64,000 nt of DNA from contig NZ_CP191258.1 of the NCBI RefSeq assembly GCF_050410795.1, positions 1,443,118-1,507,117 of the forward strand. The letters run 5' to 3'. A model generated the notes under the pieces. The model worked only from the letters and a program-made list of their open reading frames with translations, was not told the DNA's origin and did not search any database. The stretch's first letter is position 1; the number at the start of each line of letters is the position of its first letter. Source of the DNA: Fontivita pretiosa. GTDB taxonomy: Bacteria > Planctomycetota > Phycisphaerae > Tepidisphaerales > Tepidisphaeraceae. Positions 1 through 10,644 of this stretch are shown one piece after another. A program made the translations under genes and the position numbers.

Positions 1-5
1 GGTCC

Positions 6-764
6 ATGTCGCTGGAGTGGAGTCACATCGAGCTGGCGGTGCCACATCTTTCGCCGGCGCTCCAGGCGGTGCGGATCGTTCATCTAAGCGACCTTCACCT
101 GAAGCGGCGCTGGCCGGCGTCGCTGGAGCGAGTGCTGGAGCGGTTGCATGAGAATCCGCCGCATCTGCTGCTGATCACCGGGGACTTCGTGGAGGATCTT
201 CTGGATCACCGCCCGGCGTTGCCACTGGTTCGGCGGTTTGCCGAGGGTCTGCGGGCAAGATGGGGCGTGTTCGCGATCGCGGGCAACCATGACGGCGATC
301 TGCTGGGTCCGCGGCTGCCGGGTTGGGGGATCGAGTACATCGATCGTCGCTATGTTTGTCTGGGCGGGCGCGACGGGCAGGCGGCGATCGAGCTGATCGG
401 TTTGCCCGGGGTTCGCCGCAGCGATCTGGATGCTGAATTTCTGGAGGGCATTCCGCCGCGGCTGCCGGGAGTGCCGCGAATCGTGCTGGGGCATTTTCCC
501 GATCAGGTGCGTGTGGTGAGTCGGCTGGAGGCGGACCTGATGCTGGCCGGGCATACGCACGGCGGTCAGATCTGCCTGCCGGGCGGACGGGCGCTGATGT
601 CGCACGACTCGCTGCCCAAGCACATGGCGCGAGGACAGCACCGCTTCGGGCGGACGCTGCTGGTGGTCAGTCGGGGTCTGGGCACGACGCGTTTTCCCAT
701 CCGCGCCTTCTGCCCGCCACAGGTCGTGGAGATAACCCTCACGCGCGCCAGGGCAGAGCAATGA
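6..764 (+). CDS. Calcineurin-like metallophosphoesterase
   Basis: GDxHL, GNHD and GHTHGGQ metal-binding motifs in the 252-aa ORF; may start upstream of the window. Confidence 0.8.
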   Translation: MSLEWSHIELAVPHLSPALQAVRIVHLSDLHLKRRWPASLERVLERLHENPPHLLLITGDFVEDLLDHRPALPLVRRFAEGLRARWGVFAIAGNHDGDLLGPRLPGWGIEYIDRRYVCLGGRDGQAAIELIGLPGVRRSDLDAEFLEGIPPRLPGVPRIVLGHFPDQVRVVSRLEADLMLAGHTHGGQICLPGGRALMSHDSLPKHMARGQHRFGRTLLVVSRGLGTTRFPIRAFCPPQVVEITLTRARAEQ

Positions 765-822
765 GGCGCAGCAGTGTCCGGGGCAAGAATGCTCAGACCC
801 GCGATGGCCAGGCCGGCTGCGT

Positions 823-1281
823 TTACATATGCCTGCCGAAATGGGCGATCTCGGCGTCGCTGATGCGGCGGTAATCGGCCAGCGGCATCGTCACGGCGTC
901 CTCGTGGGTGCCGGCCTGAAACGTGACCGTATCATCGGCGACGAGCGACTCATCCATGAGCGTGGGCATGCCGAACAGCTTGCCGATCGGGGGTTCGGCG
1001 CCCAGCTCGCAGCCGGGGAACAGCCGCTCCAGGGTCTGCTCGTCGGCCAGTTGCACATCGCTGGCGCGAAGCTGTTCGCGCAGCTCATGCAGATCGACGC
1101 GATACGAGGCCGGCAAAGCGCACATGATCCACTGCCCATCGGCGCGCACCACCACCGGCTTGATCACTTTGCGCCCGGGAACGTGCTGAACGGCGGCCAG
1201 ATCCTGCGAGGTGTATGTCGGTGGATGTTTGGACAGACGGTATTTAACGCCCTGTTCATCCAAGTACTGTTGAAGGTTCAT
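823..1281 (-). CDS. YbaK/ProX-type aminoacyl-tRNA deacylase (tRNA_edit) domain protein
   Basis: ~150 aa with a GAEPPIG-type motif and family-typical hydrophobic pattern; start placed at the internal ATG (MNLQQYL) preceded by a GGAGG RBS rather than the ORF-track start. Confidence 0.65.
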   Translation of the reverse strand: MNLQQYLDEQGVKYRLSKHPPTYTSQDLAAVQHVPGRKVIKPVVVRADGQWIMCALPASYRVDLHELREQLRASDVQLADEQTLERLFPGCELGAEPPIGKLFGMPTLMDESLVADDTVTFQAGTHEDAVTMPLADYRRISDAEIAHFGRHM

Positions 1282-1442
1282 GGCGTACCTCCTGTATCTT
1301 GGCGCCTTGGTGGACGATCGATTCATTATGCCGCGCCGCGCGCGATCCTGGCCACAGAAAATACGCCCGATTCATGGTCCAGCAGCGACGCAGCGGCCGG
1401 GATGGTCGATTGAAAATCGAGCTTCAGGCGGCTATCGTCGCG

Positions 1443-2598
1443 ATGATGATTCACGAAAACCTCGCCCAGAGCATCGAAAACCTCAGCGCCCGGATGATCG
1501 CCATCCGGGACTCTCTTTGACTTGCCGGCCAAACAGGTCCGCAGAAAGCAGTTGGAAGAGCGGATGGGCCAGCCGGGGTTTTGGGATGACCCGCAGGCCG
1601 CCCGCCAGATCGTCCAGGAACTGAAGATTCTCAAGGCGCAGATCGATCCGGTGATGTCGGTATTGCGCGAGTTGGAGGACGTGCGCGCGCTGTATGAGCT
1701 TGGTCTGGAGGCCGGGGATCAGCAGGCGATCCGGGAGGCCGACGAGCAGCTTGCCCGGCTGGAGAAAAAGGCCGAGCGGGTCGAGCTTCAGGCACTGCTG
1801 GACGGCCCCAACGATCCGTTGAACTGCTTTGTGACCATCCAGGCCGGCGCCGGTGGCACCGAGGCGCAGGACTGGGCCGAGATGCTCGCGCGGATGTACC
1901 TGTATTACTGGCAAAAGCGGGGATGGGACGTCTCGGAAGTCGACCGGCAGTACGGAGAGCAGGCCGGGATCAAAAGCGCCACTTTCCACGTGAAGGGAGA
2001 CTACGCCTTCGGGTACATGCGTTGTGAGGCCGGGGTTCATCGACTGGTACGCCCAAGCCCGTTCAATGCCCAGCACAAGCGACAGACCAGCTTCGCCGCG
2101 GTGGACGTGGTGCCCGAGTTCGAGGAGGTGGCCGGGCAGGAGGAAATCCCCGAGCAAGACCTGGAGATCACGGCTTTCGTGCGTGCCAGCGGCCCGGGCG
2201 GGCAGAACGTGAACAAGGTGGCGTCGGCGGTGCGGATCGTGCACAAGCCTACGGGGATCACCGTCACCTGCTCGGTGGAACGCAGCCAGCAGCAGAACAA
2301 GCGCCTGGCGCTGTCGATCATCAAGGGCAAGCTGGAGCTTCTTGAGCAGGCCAAGCGGGACGAAGAGCTGCGGAAGATCGTTGGGGAGAAGGGGGCGATT
2401 GCGTGGGGCAACCAGATTCGCTCTTATATCCTTGATGACAAAAGAGTTAAGGATGTAAGAACCGGGGTGGAAACGAGGGATGTGGAAAGCGTGCTGGATC
2501 GGGGCGAGCTGGACATGTTTATTGACGCGGAGTTGCGTCGTCGCAAGGCCGCCGCCGCCAAGAAGCAAACCGCGGCGGTGCCGTCGGGGAGTAGTTAA
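1443..2598 (+). CDS. prfB: Peptide chain release factor 2, with programmed +1 ribosomal frameshift
   Basis: Frame 0 ([25 protein letters not shown]) ends at CTT-TGA-C (1515-1521) after 25 codons, as in E. coli RF2. The +1 frame continues DLPAKQ...; GGQ motif ([10 protein letters not shown]) and SPF-type motif present. Confidence 0.9.
1512..1521 (+). promoter_or_regulatory. RF2 autoregulatory +1 frameshift site (CUU UGA C) with weak upstream SD-like GGGA
   Basis: Sequence tctCTTTGAC at codon 25/26 of prfB, directly visible. Confidence 0.85.
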
Positions 2599-2791
2599 TA
2601 TAACATCTTGATTCAAGCTGTCTTACAGCACATCCAACTGGGCCCTCAAGCTTTGTGCCTGTACGTCCGATAAAGCCTGGTACATGGATCGTCCGCCGGT
2701 TCGGCCGGGAAACAGCCGTCCTGCAGACTGCTGAGCAAACCTCCATGGCTTTGACGGGCGCGGGCATGATGCTTTAGACTACCGGGTCACG

Positions 2792-3673
2792 ATGATCGTT
2801 GATTGTCATACCCATATCTGGCAGTCCCCGGATCAGCTCGGACAAATGGATCTGGGCGACCTGCCGCGCACGACCCGGTCGCGCACGTCGCGGCTGACGC
2901 CCGGCGGGCGAACCATCTGGCGGACCATTCCCGCCGCCGACCCGGAACACCACTGGGCTCAGTCCGGCATGGTGGACAAGTCGATCGTGCTGGCGTTCAA
3001 GAGCCGGTATCTAAAGGCGGAGATCCCCAACCGCTTCGTCGCCGAGTACGTCAGCCGAAACCCCGATAAGCTCATCGGCTTTGCCGGCATCGATCCGACC
3101 GAACGCGGCGCGGTGGATGAGCTGCACGTGGCACATGATGAGCTTCGGCTGCGCGGGATCACCATGTCGCCGGCCAACCAGGACTTCCACCCCGCCGATT
3201 CCCGGGCCATGAAGGTCTACGCCGAAGCTGAAAGGCTCGGCATGCCGATCCTGTTTCACCCCGCCGGGCAGTTCACCGAAGCCAGCAAGCTGGAGTACGC
3301 CCGCCCCTACCTGCTCGACGAGATCGCCCGGGCGTTTCCCCGGCTGCGGATGATCATCGCCCAGATGGGCCAGCCCTGGATCGACGAGACCATTGTTCTG
3401 CTGGGCAAGCATTCAAACGTTTACGCGGACGTCTCGGGGCTTCTGTCGCGTCCGTGGCAGGCGTACAACGCGCTGGTCAGCGCCAACCAGTATGGCGTGA
3501 TCGACAAGCTGCTGTTCGGCTCCGACTTCCCCTACACCAGCGCCACCGAGTGCATCGAAACCCTCTACAGCCTCAATCAGATGGCCCAGGGGACCAACCT
3601 GCCGGTCGTCCCGCGCGAAAGCCTCCGCGGCATCGTCGAACGCGACGCCATCAGCCTGCTCGGAATCGAATGA
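2792..3673 (+). CDS. Amidohydrolase-family (TIM-barrel metal-dependent hydrolase) protein
   Basis: N-terminal DCHTHIW metal-binding motif; ~290 aa with an internal His motif and C-terminal Asp. Confidence 0.75.
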   Translation: MIVDCHTHIWQSPDQLGQMDLGDLPRTTRSRTSRLTPGGRTIWRTIPAADPEHHWAQSGMVDKSIVLAFKSRYLKAEIPNRFVAEYVSRNPDKLIGFAGIDPTERGAVDELHVAHDELRLRGITMSPANQDFHPADSRAMKVYAEAERLGMPILFHPAGQFTEASKLEYARPYLLDEIARAFPRLRMIIAQMGQPWIDETIVLLGKHSNVYADVSGLLSRPWQAYNALVSANQYGVIDKLLFGSDFPYTSATECIETLYSLNQMAQGTNLPVVPRESLRGIVERDAISLLGIE

Positions 3674-4407
3674 ATCCCGACCACGGAATAAGCCAACGGG
3701 CAAAAGTCGCCCGGCTCGCCCAGCACCTCGCAAGATCGGCGGCCTTGCTTTTGCCTTTTGCTCTTTTTCTGCTGTTGCCCCTGGCCTGCTCCTCGGGGCC
3801 GGCCTGGCTGACTTTCCAATCCACGGAGTCTGACCGTCAATATTCCCAGAAGTTTTCCCGCGCTTATTTTGCGCGTGAGCCCGGCGGGGAATATCAGGCG
3901 GTACTGATCGAAGACGGTCTGGCGCCGGCCCCGGAAGACAAGAAGCCTGCCGGCCCGCTGCACGCCGCCTCCACCGCGCCCCTCAGCCAGGTCGTATACC
4001 TGCGGGTCCTGTGGCAACCGTTGCGAGGGGTCAAGCCGGACACGCCCTCGGCCACCAACGCCGTGATCGACTGGTACGTCCGCTCCAACGATGCCGCCAG
4101 CCGTGACGATCAGCTTCACTATCGCGGCGCGGGATTTGTCCGCATCGACGATTCCGGACAGGAGGCGCGATTCGTTATCCGCAATGCCCGAGTGCAACTG
4201 GCCGAAAGCTCGGGCAGGCTTCAGGATCCTCTTGGGCAGTCGCTGCTGACCGGTTCGTTCACCGCGACGAGAAACGATGCCCTGGTCGCCGCGACGCTGG
4301 AGGCGCTGCGCCCGCAGTCGTCCCCGCAACACGCCGACCAATCCGTTGTTCCTGCCGACTCGGCCGCCCACCAGGGTCCGCCCCCGCGCGGCCCAACCGG
4401 GCCATGA
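3670..4407 (+). CDS. Hypothetical lipoprotein
   Basis: ATGA start/stop overlap with the upstream gene. The N-terminus has a hydrophobic signal and lipobox-like LPLACSSG; the upstream part of the tool ORF overlaps the amidohydrolase in another frame. Confidence 0.55.
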   Translation: MNPDHGISQRAKVARLAQHLARSAALLLPFALFLLLPLACSSGPAWLTFQSTESDRQYSQKFSRAYFAREPGGEYQAVLIEDGLAPAPEDKKPAGPLHAASTAPLSQVVYLRVLWQPLRGVKPDTPSATNAVIDWYVRSNDAASRDDQLHYRGAGFVRIDDSGQEARFVIRNARVQLAESSGRLQDPLGQSLLTGSFTATRNDALVAATLEALRPQSSPQHADQSVVPADSAAHQGPPPRGPTGP

Positions 4408-4509
4408 CGCAAACGATTTGTCCCATCCATCGAGCCGGCGGCGGCTTTGGTTCCGACATTGCCCGGCTTTTATATCCCCGCTGAAGCTGGGCACGGATAA
4501 GATGATGGG

Positions 4510-6156
4510 GTGATGTCCGCGACGGAATTGAAGGACAACGAGCTGGCGCGCCGCCAGGGCGATGCGGTGATCTGCCGACCCCAGCCGCTGCGGCTGCGAT
4601 GGGTCTTCGATCAGCTTGCCACCGCCGACGCCCACACGCTGGAGGCCCGCTTCGCCGCCAGCGTTCGCATTGCCGACACCGACGCCGACCGGAAGATGTT
4701 CTCTGAGCTGCTGCTGTGCGATCGGCAGTCGGTCACCGCCCAGATGCTCATCGAGCATTTTGCTCCCCCGTTGCGTGCAGCATTGACGGGGCTGGCCATG
4801 CGCTGCCGGGCCGCCGATGTTGTCGGCAACCCGGATCAGCAACACACCTGGATCGCCGAGCTGCTCCAGGCCGCCAGGCCCGCCGCCTTTGCCGCCGGGC
4901 TGGAGCTTTTGCCCCCTTACCAGCTCGATCTTCAAAGCCCCACGCTCCAGCGGCAGCGAATCCAGGAATTGGCCCGCGCTCAGGCCGAGCAGCACGCCGC
5001 CGGACAGCTTCAGCACCTTCAACGCGCCGCCGAACTGCTCCAGCAGTTCCAGCAGATGCGACAGGCGGCGCCGCAGCTTTCGGCCGGCGCGCTGCTCGAA
5101 CGGCTCAATCCGGCCGACCGCGGGCCGACCCTCCAGGCGCTGCTGCTGGCCTCGGGAAGTGAAACGCGACTGCACCGGCAGACGCTGTGGTGCGTGGCCG
5201 GCGGCACGCTGGTGCGCATCGATCCGGGCAACTCGCCGCAGCCCGAGCTGATCCAGCTTCCCGCCACGCTGGGGCCGCTGCGCAGTGTTCAGCCCGCTGT
5301 CGTGAACGAGCAACGCGTCCTGCTGATCGGCGCGCAAGGCGGGGTGATGGTCGTATCACGGGAAGATCCCGAGCGCATCATCGAGTCCTTCGCCTGCCCG
5401 TCGCTCCAATCGCAGCACGGGTTCAACCGAGTGGTGGTGATCGACGACACGATCTGCGCATCACACGCCGAAGCGGGGATCGTGCGATGGAGTCGCGATC
5501 GCCACGATGCGCCGACGGCGTGCTACGCCGAGCGCGATCCGGACAGCCAACTCGTGGCGCAAGGCACCACCATCACCCAGGGCGCATCCTCGGGCATGGG
5601 CATGACCTCAATCCAGGCTCGCCTTACCGGCCCGCGGCATCTTCAGGCGCTGGATCAGACGCACCTGATTTATGCCGTTGGAAGTCGCATCATCCTGCGG
5701 CACGACGATCGGGCTGTGGTTTTGCCGTCGCACTCCGACGCCGAGATCATTGCGATCCTGCCCACCTCGGCCCAGCACATGCTGGCGATTCATCAGGATG
5801 GGACGATTGTGAGCATCGACCGGACGACGCGACAGGTCAGCGTCAGCATGCGTCGCCCCGGGCGATTCACCGCCGCCGCCACCATGCCGTGGCTGGGTGA
5901 CGTGCGTGTGTTGCTGGCTACAGACGACGGCCCGATCGACTGCATCGGCCTGGACGACCCACTGCTCAGCGAATACCTCAGCCCCTATCGGGGCCTGAAG
6001 ATTCTGGCCGCCACCGCAAGCCTTATCGCCGCCGTCACGCCTGATCGCCAACGTGTGGTGCTGTGGCAGGCGTGGGAGACGCAGCGTCCGCTGTGCGAGG
6101 TGCACGTGACCGGACGTGCCAGGCACCGCATTGCGGATATCGATTTTGACGCCTAG
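4510..6156 (+). CDS. Hypothetical protein (548 aa)
   Basis: Long ORF with balanced composition; the opposing 586-aa minus ORF is R/G-rich and looks like an antisense artefact. Confidence 0.5.
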   Translation: MMSATELKDNELARRQGDAVICRPQPLRLRWVFDQLATADAHTLEARFAASVRIADTDADRKMFSELLLCDRQSVTAQMLIEHFAPPLRAALTGLAMRCRAADVVGNPDQQHTWIAELLQAARPAAFAAGLELLPPYQLDLQSPTLQRQRIQELARAQAEQHAAGQLQHLQRAAELLQQFQQMRQAAPQLSAGALLERLNPADRGPTLQALLLASGSETRLHRQTLWCVAGGTLVRIDPGNSPQPELIQLPATLGPLRSVQPAVVNEQRVLLIGAQGGVMVVSREDPERIIESFACPSLQSQHGFNRVVVIDDTICASHAEAGIVRWSRDRHDAPTACYAERDPDSQLVAQGTTITQGASSGMGMTSIQARLTGPRHLQALDQTHLIYAVGSRIILRHDDRAVVLPSHSDAEIIAILPTSAQHMLAIHQDGTIVSIDRTTRQVSVSMRRPGRFTAAATMPWLGDVRVLLATDDGPIDCIGLDDPLLSEYLSPYRGLKILAATASLIAAVTPDRQRVVLWQAWETQRPLCEVHVTGRARHRIADIDFDA

Positions 6157-6375
6157 CCGCTGCTGCACCGCGCGCACTCGCGCACCACAAGGCAAGGATT
6201 CACGGAAGAACTCGGAGATGCGAGGTCCAATGGCCATGTCAGGCGCGTCCGGCTCGTGGGCTGACCGCCTGCACGGGCTGCTCGCCTGCGCGGACGGAAC
6301 GCCCGCGACACGAAAATAAACAGCCGGCGTTTCGTGCACTGTTCGCGGCTCTGCGCCCTGCTGCGGGGAATCAGA

Positions 6376-7644
6376 TCAAGCGAAGCTGTACGTGCCGCTG
6401 AGCGTTCGCCACTCCTCGATGCTGGTGATCCCCTGTTCGACCTTCAGCCATCCGTCGTGCGCCAGGCTGCGCAGGCCGCGCGACGTGGCGCCGGCGCGCA
6501 GTGCACGCTCATCGGCGTGATGCAGAATCGCGTCATAGTCGGCATCCACCAGTCGCCAGACCTCAAAGACCCCGATGCGACCGTCATAACCGAGATATCG
6601 GCAATCGACGCATCCGGTGGCGGTCCAGGTCTGCTGCGCCGTGGCCGGCAGCCCAAGCGACTGAAGCAACTGCCGCTCGCTTTCCTCCAGGCTGCGCTGC
6701 TTTCTGCACCGGCGACACAGACGTTTGACCAGCCGCTGGGCCACCACCATCCGCAGTGAGCTGGCGATCTGGTGGTCGGCCAGACCGAAGTTTCGCAGCG
6801 CCGTGATCGCGCTGATCGCATCGGGCGCATGAATTGTGCTCATCAGCACGCGTCCGCTGCCGGATGCTTCCATGGCGGCATCGGCGGCTTCGGCGTCGCG
6901 GATCTCGCCCAGCAGCAGGTAATCCGGATCGGCGCGCAGCATGCCCCGCAGTCCCTGCGCGAATGACAGATCATGCCGCCGGTCCACCTGCGTCTGCACG
7001 ATCCCCTCGATGCTGTATTCCACAGGATCCTCGATCGTCACCACGCATCGATCCCGAAGCCGCAGCTCATGCAGGATCGCGTACAGCGTCGTGGTCTTGC
7101 CGCTGCCCGTCGGACCGGCCACCAGAAACATCCCGCAGATGTTCTTCAGCCACTGCTCGATCTTGTCCCGCTGCTCGTCGGTGAAACCCAGCTCGTCCAG
7201 ATGCTGGAGCACGCGCGAGCGATCCAGCAGGCGGATGGACAGCTTCTCCCCGGCGACCGAGGGCAGCGCCGCGATCCGCAGATCGATCTCGCGGCCATCG
7301 ACGATCTGCGTCAGCCGCGAATCCGCCGGGCGGAATCGATCCGCCGAATCCAGCCCCGAGATCGCCTTGAAGTGCCGCAGCAGCCGGCCTCCCTGTGCCC
7401 GCGAGAGAATCGCCACATCCAGCAGATCGCCATCGATGCGAAAGCGGATTCGGCTGCTCTGGCCCTGTGGATCCAGATGAATATCGCTGGCGTGATGTCG
7501 CAGCGCGTCGGCCAGCAGACGGCTGGCCAGCAGGTTGGTCGATTCCGCCGTTTCCGCCAGCGCCTCGGCCTCCTGTCGCAGCAGTTCCTGGCGGAACGAA
7601 GTGCTCAACTCATTGCGCACCGGTCTGATGAATTCGTTGGGCAT
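6376..7644 (-). CDS. GspE/PilB-family secretion ATPase, short form lacking the N1 domain
   Basis: Walker A AGPTGSGKTT; Asp/His boxes; C-terminal tetracysteine CRRC...CVDC zinc motif typical of GspE/PilB. Confidence 0.85.
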   Translation of the reverse strand: MPNEFIRPVRNELSTSFRQELLRQEAEALAETAESTNLLASRLLADALRHHASDIHLDPQGQSSRIRFRIDGDLLDVAILSRAQGGRLLRHFKAISGLDSADRFRPADSRLTQIVDGREIDLRIAALPSVAGEKLSIRLLDRSRVLQHLDELGFTDEQRDKIEQWLKNICGMFLVAGPTGSGKTTTLYAILHELRLRDRCVVTIEDPVEYSIEGIVQTQVDRRHDLSFAQGLRGMLRADPDYLLLGEIRDAEAADAAMEASGSGRVLMSTIHAPDAISAITALRNFGLADHQIASSLRMVVAQRLVKRLCRRCRKQRSLEESERQLLQSLGLPATAQQTWTATGCVDCRYLGYDGRIGVFEVWRLVDADYDAILHHADERALRAGATSRGLRSLAHDGWLKVEQGITSIEEWRTLSGTYSFA

Positions 7645-7716
7645 GCCGGTATTGTAATCGCTGCGCGCGGCGCCGCTGCATCAGCCGACCTCTTCCCGCG
7701 AGGATTGCGCCCGCCG

Positions 7717-10614
7717 CTACTCTGCCGGCGCCGTCGCCGAGGGAACCGCGAAATCCGGGATCAGCTCCCGCCGGAGCTGCTCAAAGTCCTGCTTCCACTT
7801 CCGCCCGCCCACACGCTGGCCCCAGACGATGTACTGCTGCTTGAGGTAGTTGCCCGCCTCTTCTCCGCCGCGGCCAAGCTTCTGGTTCGATCGGATCAGC
7901 TTCAGAATCGCCTCCCAGTACTGGTCGTTGTCGATGAGTCGCTTCTGCCCGTTCTCGATAGTCTCGATTAACGCCGTGCCCAGTTTGCGTCCCACCAGCA
8001 GCCTGCTGAATCCCTCCGCCGCCTGCTCGTAGTTGCCCAGCTCGTAATGAATCAGCGCGATGCCGAACACGACCTGCGGATCGTACGGCGCCTCGCCAGC
8101 GGATTTGGCGTCAAGCGTCTGGCGATACAACGCCAGATTCTCCGCCGATTCCAGCGCCTGATAGCGCTGAAGCGCCAGTTTCAGCCCCGCCTCGCGGGCC
8201 TTGGGGTCGTCGTGTTCCAGATCGGCGGCGCGGCGCTGGGCCTCGGCGTCGAAGACGCGATAGCGGTAGGTGAACCTGCGGATATTGGGATCGCTGTTGT
8301 TGGCCGCCCAGTTGACCAGAAATCCGCTGAGCTGTGCCCGGTTTCTGGCCAGGGATCTCATGGCCGGCGCATCGCCCGCCTGCTGGGCGCGGTCGAAATC
8401 GGCGTTGAGTTTCTGGAGCAGGTTGTAGACGATCTGGGCGCCTCGGGCTCCTTCGGTCCGGTTCAGCAGTTGCACAAGCTGCTCGGTGGCCTGGTTGTAC
8501 TGCTCCAACGCCATATAAGCGCGGACGCGCACATTCATGGCTTCGTTCAGCAGCTCATCGCTGTTGGGCAATCCCTGCACCGCCTGCTCGAAGTTCGCCA
8601 GCAGCGACAACGCCCGCTGCGGGTCTTTCTGCTCGCGGCGCGCCAGCTCCGCCGCCAGCAGCGACGTGCGCGCCAGCATCGACCGCGCCGCCGCCTGTTC
8701 CGCCTGGCCCGACGCCGATGACAGCGACGCCCGCGCCCTGGCATTGACGTCGTCGGCCAGCTTCTGAATCTCCGCCAGGAACTGTCCCCGCCGCGGAGAG
8801 TCCACCGGCTCGTCGGCAAGCTGCTGCTCGATCGCCAGAAGCTGTAAGAATCGCGCCTCCAGCGCCCGCTTATCGTCGGCGGGCACCAGGCGGTAGTACT
8901 CGATCGCCTCGGCCGGCTTGCCATTGAGCTGAAGCCGCCGCGCATACTCGAATGCGAACTCGGTTCGATTGAACGGCTCGGCGATCGCAATCGGAAGGAA
9001 ACGCTCGTAAGCGCGGGTGACGGCCGTATCCTCGCGCGTCTGTTCGTCGGCGCGAAGCTGCCCGATCAGCGCCTGCGCGTTGTCCAGCGCCAGCCGCGCC
9101 TTGTCGGGGTTGGATCTCTTGTGCTCGTCGGCATAGCTGATAAACGCGTCGGCGGCCTCGGGCCCGCGACCCAGCCGCTCCAGGAAAAACGGCACCAGCA
9201 GCGCCGAGGCATCGAGCATCTGCCCGTCGATCTCCGGGCTGCCACGCCTTCGCATCACTTCCCTCGCCGCGTCGATCGCACGCTCGATCGCCTGCCGGTC
9301 GATCTGATCGTCCTTCGGGCGGCGAAGCTCCTGCTCGCCACGCGCGATCAGGGCGCGGAGCATCAGGCCATCCACGCGAGTCAGGTCCGCATTCTCATCC
9401 ATCCGCGGCAACAGTTGATCGTAGATGATCCCACGCAGGTCCGGACGCCTGCTCACCAGATCCATCAGCACCTTCACCGCCTGCTGATTGGCCTGCTCCC
9501 TGGCCGACGGATCCCGCGCCAGCTCGGCCTCGAGGGTCTTGATACGATATTCGAGCATGGCGGCGGCGGCGTCGGCACCGTCGCGCGCGGCTTTGTCCTC
9601 AGCAAGATTGGCACGCTGCCAGGCCAGCAGGTCGCTCAGAGCCTGCTTGGCGGCGGTCAGGTTTTTGGCCAGAAGCTCCGTGACCGCGCTGAAGTATCTG
9701 GCCTCGTACTGCTGGGCGACCGTCGGACGCGGCTCGACCTGATCGTTCAACGTCGCCTCGAACAGCTTGCGCGCCGTGGCAAAGTCGCCTCGCGTCATCG
9801 CCAGCTTGGCCATGCGGTTGCGGACCATGGCGCGATCCGGGTTTTCCGGCACGTCGAACTGCTTGAGATACTCAAACGCCTCCGACGCCACCTGTCGGCG
9901 CTGCGGGCTGGCCGGATCGATCGACAACGCCAGGTAGTACGCCACCATGTGCCGCGTGTACTCCGCCGTCGCCGCCAGACGCTCCGCCTGCTCGTATTTG
10001 GCGATGTACGGACTGTTGGGATCCTTGATCTGGTTGGCGAACTGCTCGGCCTGCTCTTTGGCTCGCTGGGCGCACTTCTCCAGGATCCGGATGACAGTCT
10101 GGACGATCGGGCGAACCGTCGCCTGCGTGCGCGGGTTTTCGCCCCAGTATTCCAGCGTATTGATCTCCCGCTCCACCCCCTGCGTGATCAGCACAAACGC
10201 CTGACGCATCAGCAGATTCGGATCATTGATCGCGGGCAGCGCGCTCTCGATCCCGCGGACGATCTCGGCCACGAGCTGCTGCCGCTGCGCCGGGCTGAGC
10301 CGCGATGACGGATCACTCAGCCGCGACAGCGCGATCAGCGTCCGCCGGCCCTGACGTTCCGCCTGTGGAACGTTGTTCACCTCAAAGGCATATTCCAGCA
10401 GCGAATCCAGCCCCCGGGCCGCAAGCTCATTCATCAGCGCATCATCATCGATCGCGCCCAGCCCCTCCGGCTTCTGTGGCTGCTGGCTGAGTGCCACTGA
10501 GGGCAGCAGAAGCAGAGCGACGAAGACAACGTGATAAGGTGACAGAGTGACAAGGTGAAGCAGAAAACGCCCGGTGATGCTCGGCAATCTCCGCTTGTCC
10601 ACAGATCCCATCAT
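7717..10614 (-). CDS. Large secreted TPR-like helical repeat protein
   Basis: 965 aa; N-terminal hydrophobic signal (VVFVALLLLPSVALSQ); alpha-helical A/L/E/R-rich repeats throughout; tightly spaced after the ExbD genes. Confidence 0.7.
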   Translation of the reverse strand: MMGSVDKRRLPSITGRFLLHLVTLSPYHVVFVALLLLPSVALSQQPQKPEGLGAIDDDALMNELAARGLDSLLEYAFEVNNVPQAERQGRRTLIALSRLSDPSSRLSPAQRQQLVAEIVRGIESALPAINDPNLLMRQAFVLITQGVEREINTLEYWGENPRTQATVRPIVQTVIRILEKCAQRAKEQAEQFANQIKDPNSPYIAKYEQAERLAATAEYTRHMVAYYLALSIDPASPQRRQVASEAFEYLKQFDVPENPDRAMVRNRMAKLAMTRGDFATARKLFEATLNDQVEPRPTVAQQYEARYFSAVTELLAKNLTAAKQALSDLLAWQRANLAEDKAARDGADAAAAMLEYRIKTLEAELARDPSAREQANQQAVKVLMDLVSRRPDLRGIIYDQLLPRMDENADLTRVDGLMLRALIARGEQELRRPKDDQIDRQAIERAIDAAREVMRRRGSPEIDGQMLDASALLVPFFLERLGRGPEAADAFISYADEHKRSNPDKARLALDNAQALIGQLRADEQTREDTAVTRAYERFLPIAIAEPFNRTEFAFEYARRLQLNGKPAEAIEYYRLVPADDKRALEARFLQLLAIEQQLADEPVDSPRRGQFLAEIQKLADDVNARARASLSSASGQAEQAAARSMLARTSLLAAELARREQKDPQRALSLLANFEQAVQGLPNSDELLNEAMNVRVRAYMALEQYNQATEQLVQLLNRTEGARGAQIVYNLLQKLNADFDRAQQAGDAPAMRSLARNRAQLSGFLVNWAANNSDPNIRRFTYRYRVFDAEAQRRAADLEHDDPKAREAGLKLALQRYQALESAENLALYRQTLDAKSAGEAPYDPQVVFGIALIHYELGNYEQAAEGFSRLLVGRKLGTALIETIENGQKRLIDNDQYWEAILKLIRSNQKLGRGGEEAGNYLKQQYIVWGQRVGGRKWKQDFEQLRRELIPDFAVPSATAPAE

Positions 10615-10644
10615 CAGATTGTCACCTTGTCATCCAGTCGTTCA

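Noticed and set aside
829-1413. 194-aa plus ORF
   Set aside because: Antisense to the YbaK/ProX-like gene.
1483-2616. 377-aa minus-strand ORF
   Set aside because: Antisense to prfB, which is unambiguous; composition is R/L/G-rich.
3577-5337. 586-aa minus-strand ORF
   Set aside because: R/G/P-rich low-complexity translation lying antisense to the lipoprotein and 548-aa genes; typical high-GC antisense artefact.
8047-10308. Plus-strand ORFs of 224 and 395 aa inside the TPR gene
   Set aside because: Antisense to the 965-aa TPR ORF; R/Q/L-rich repetitive translation.
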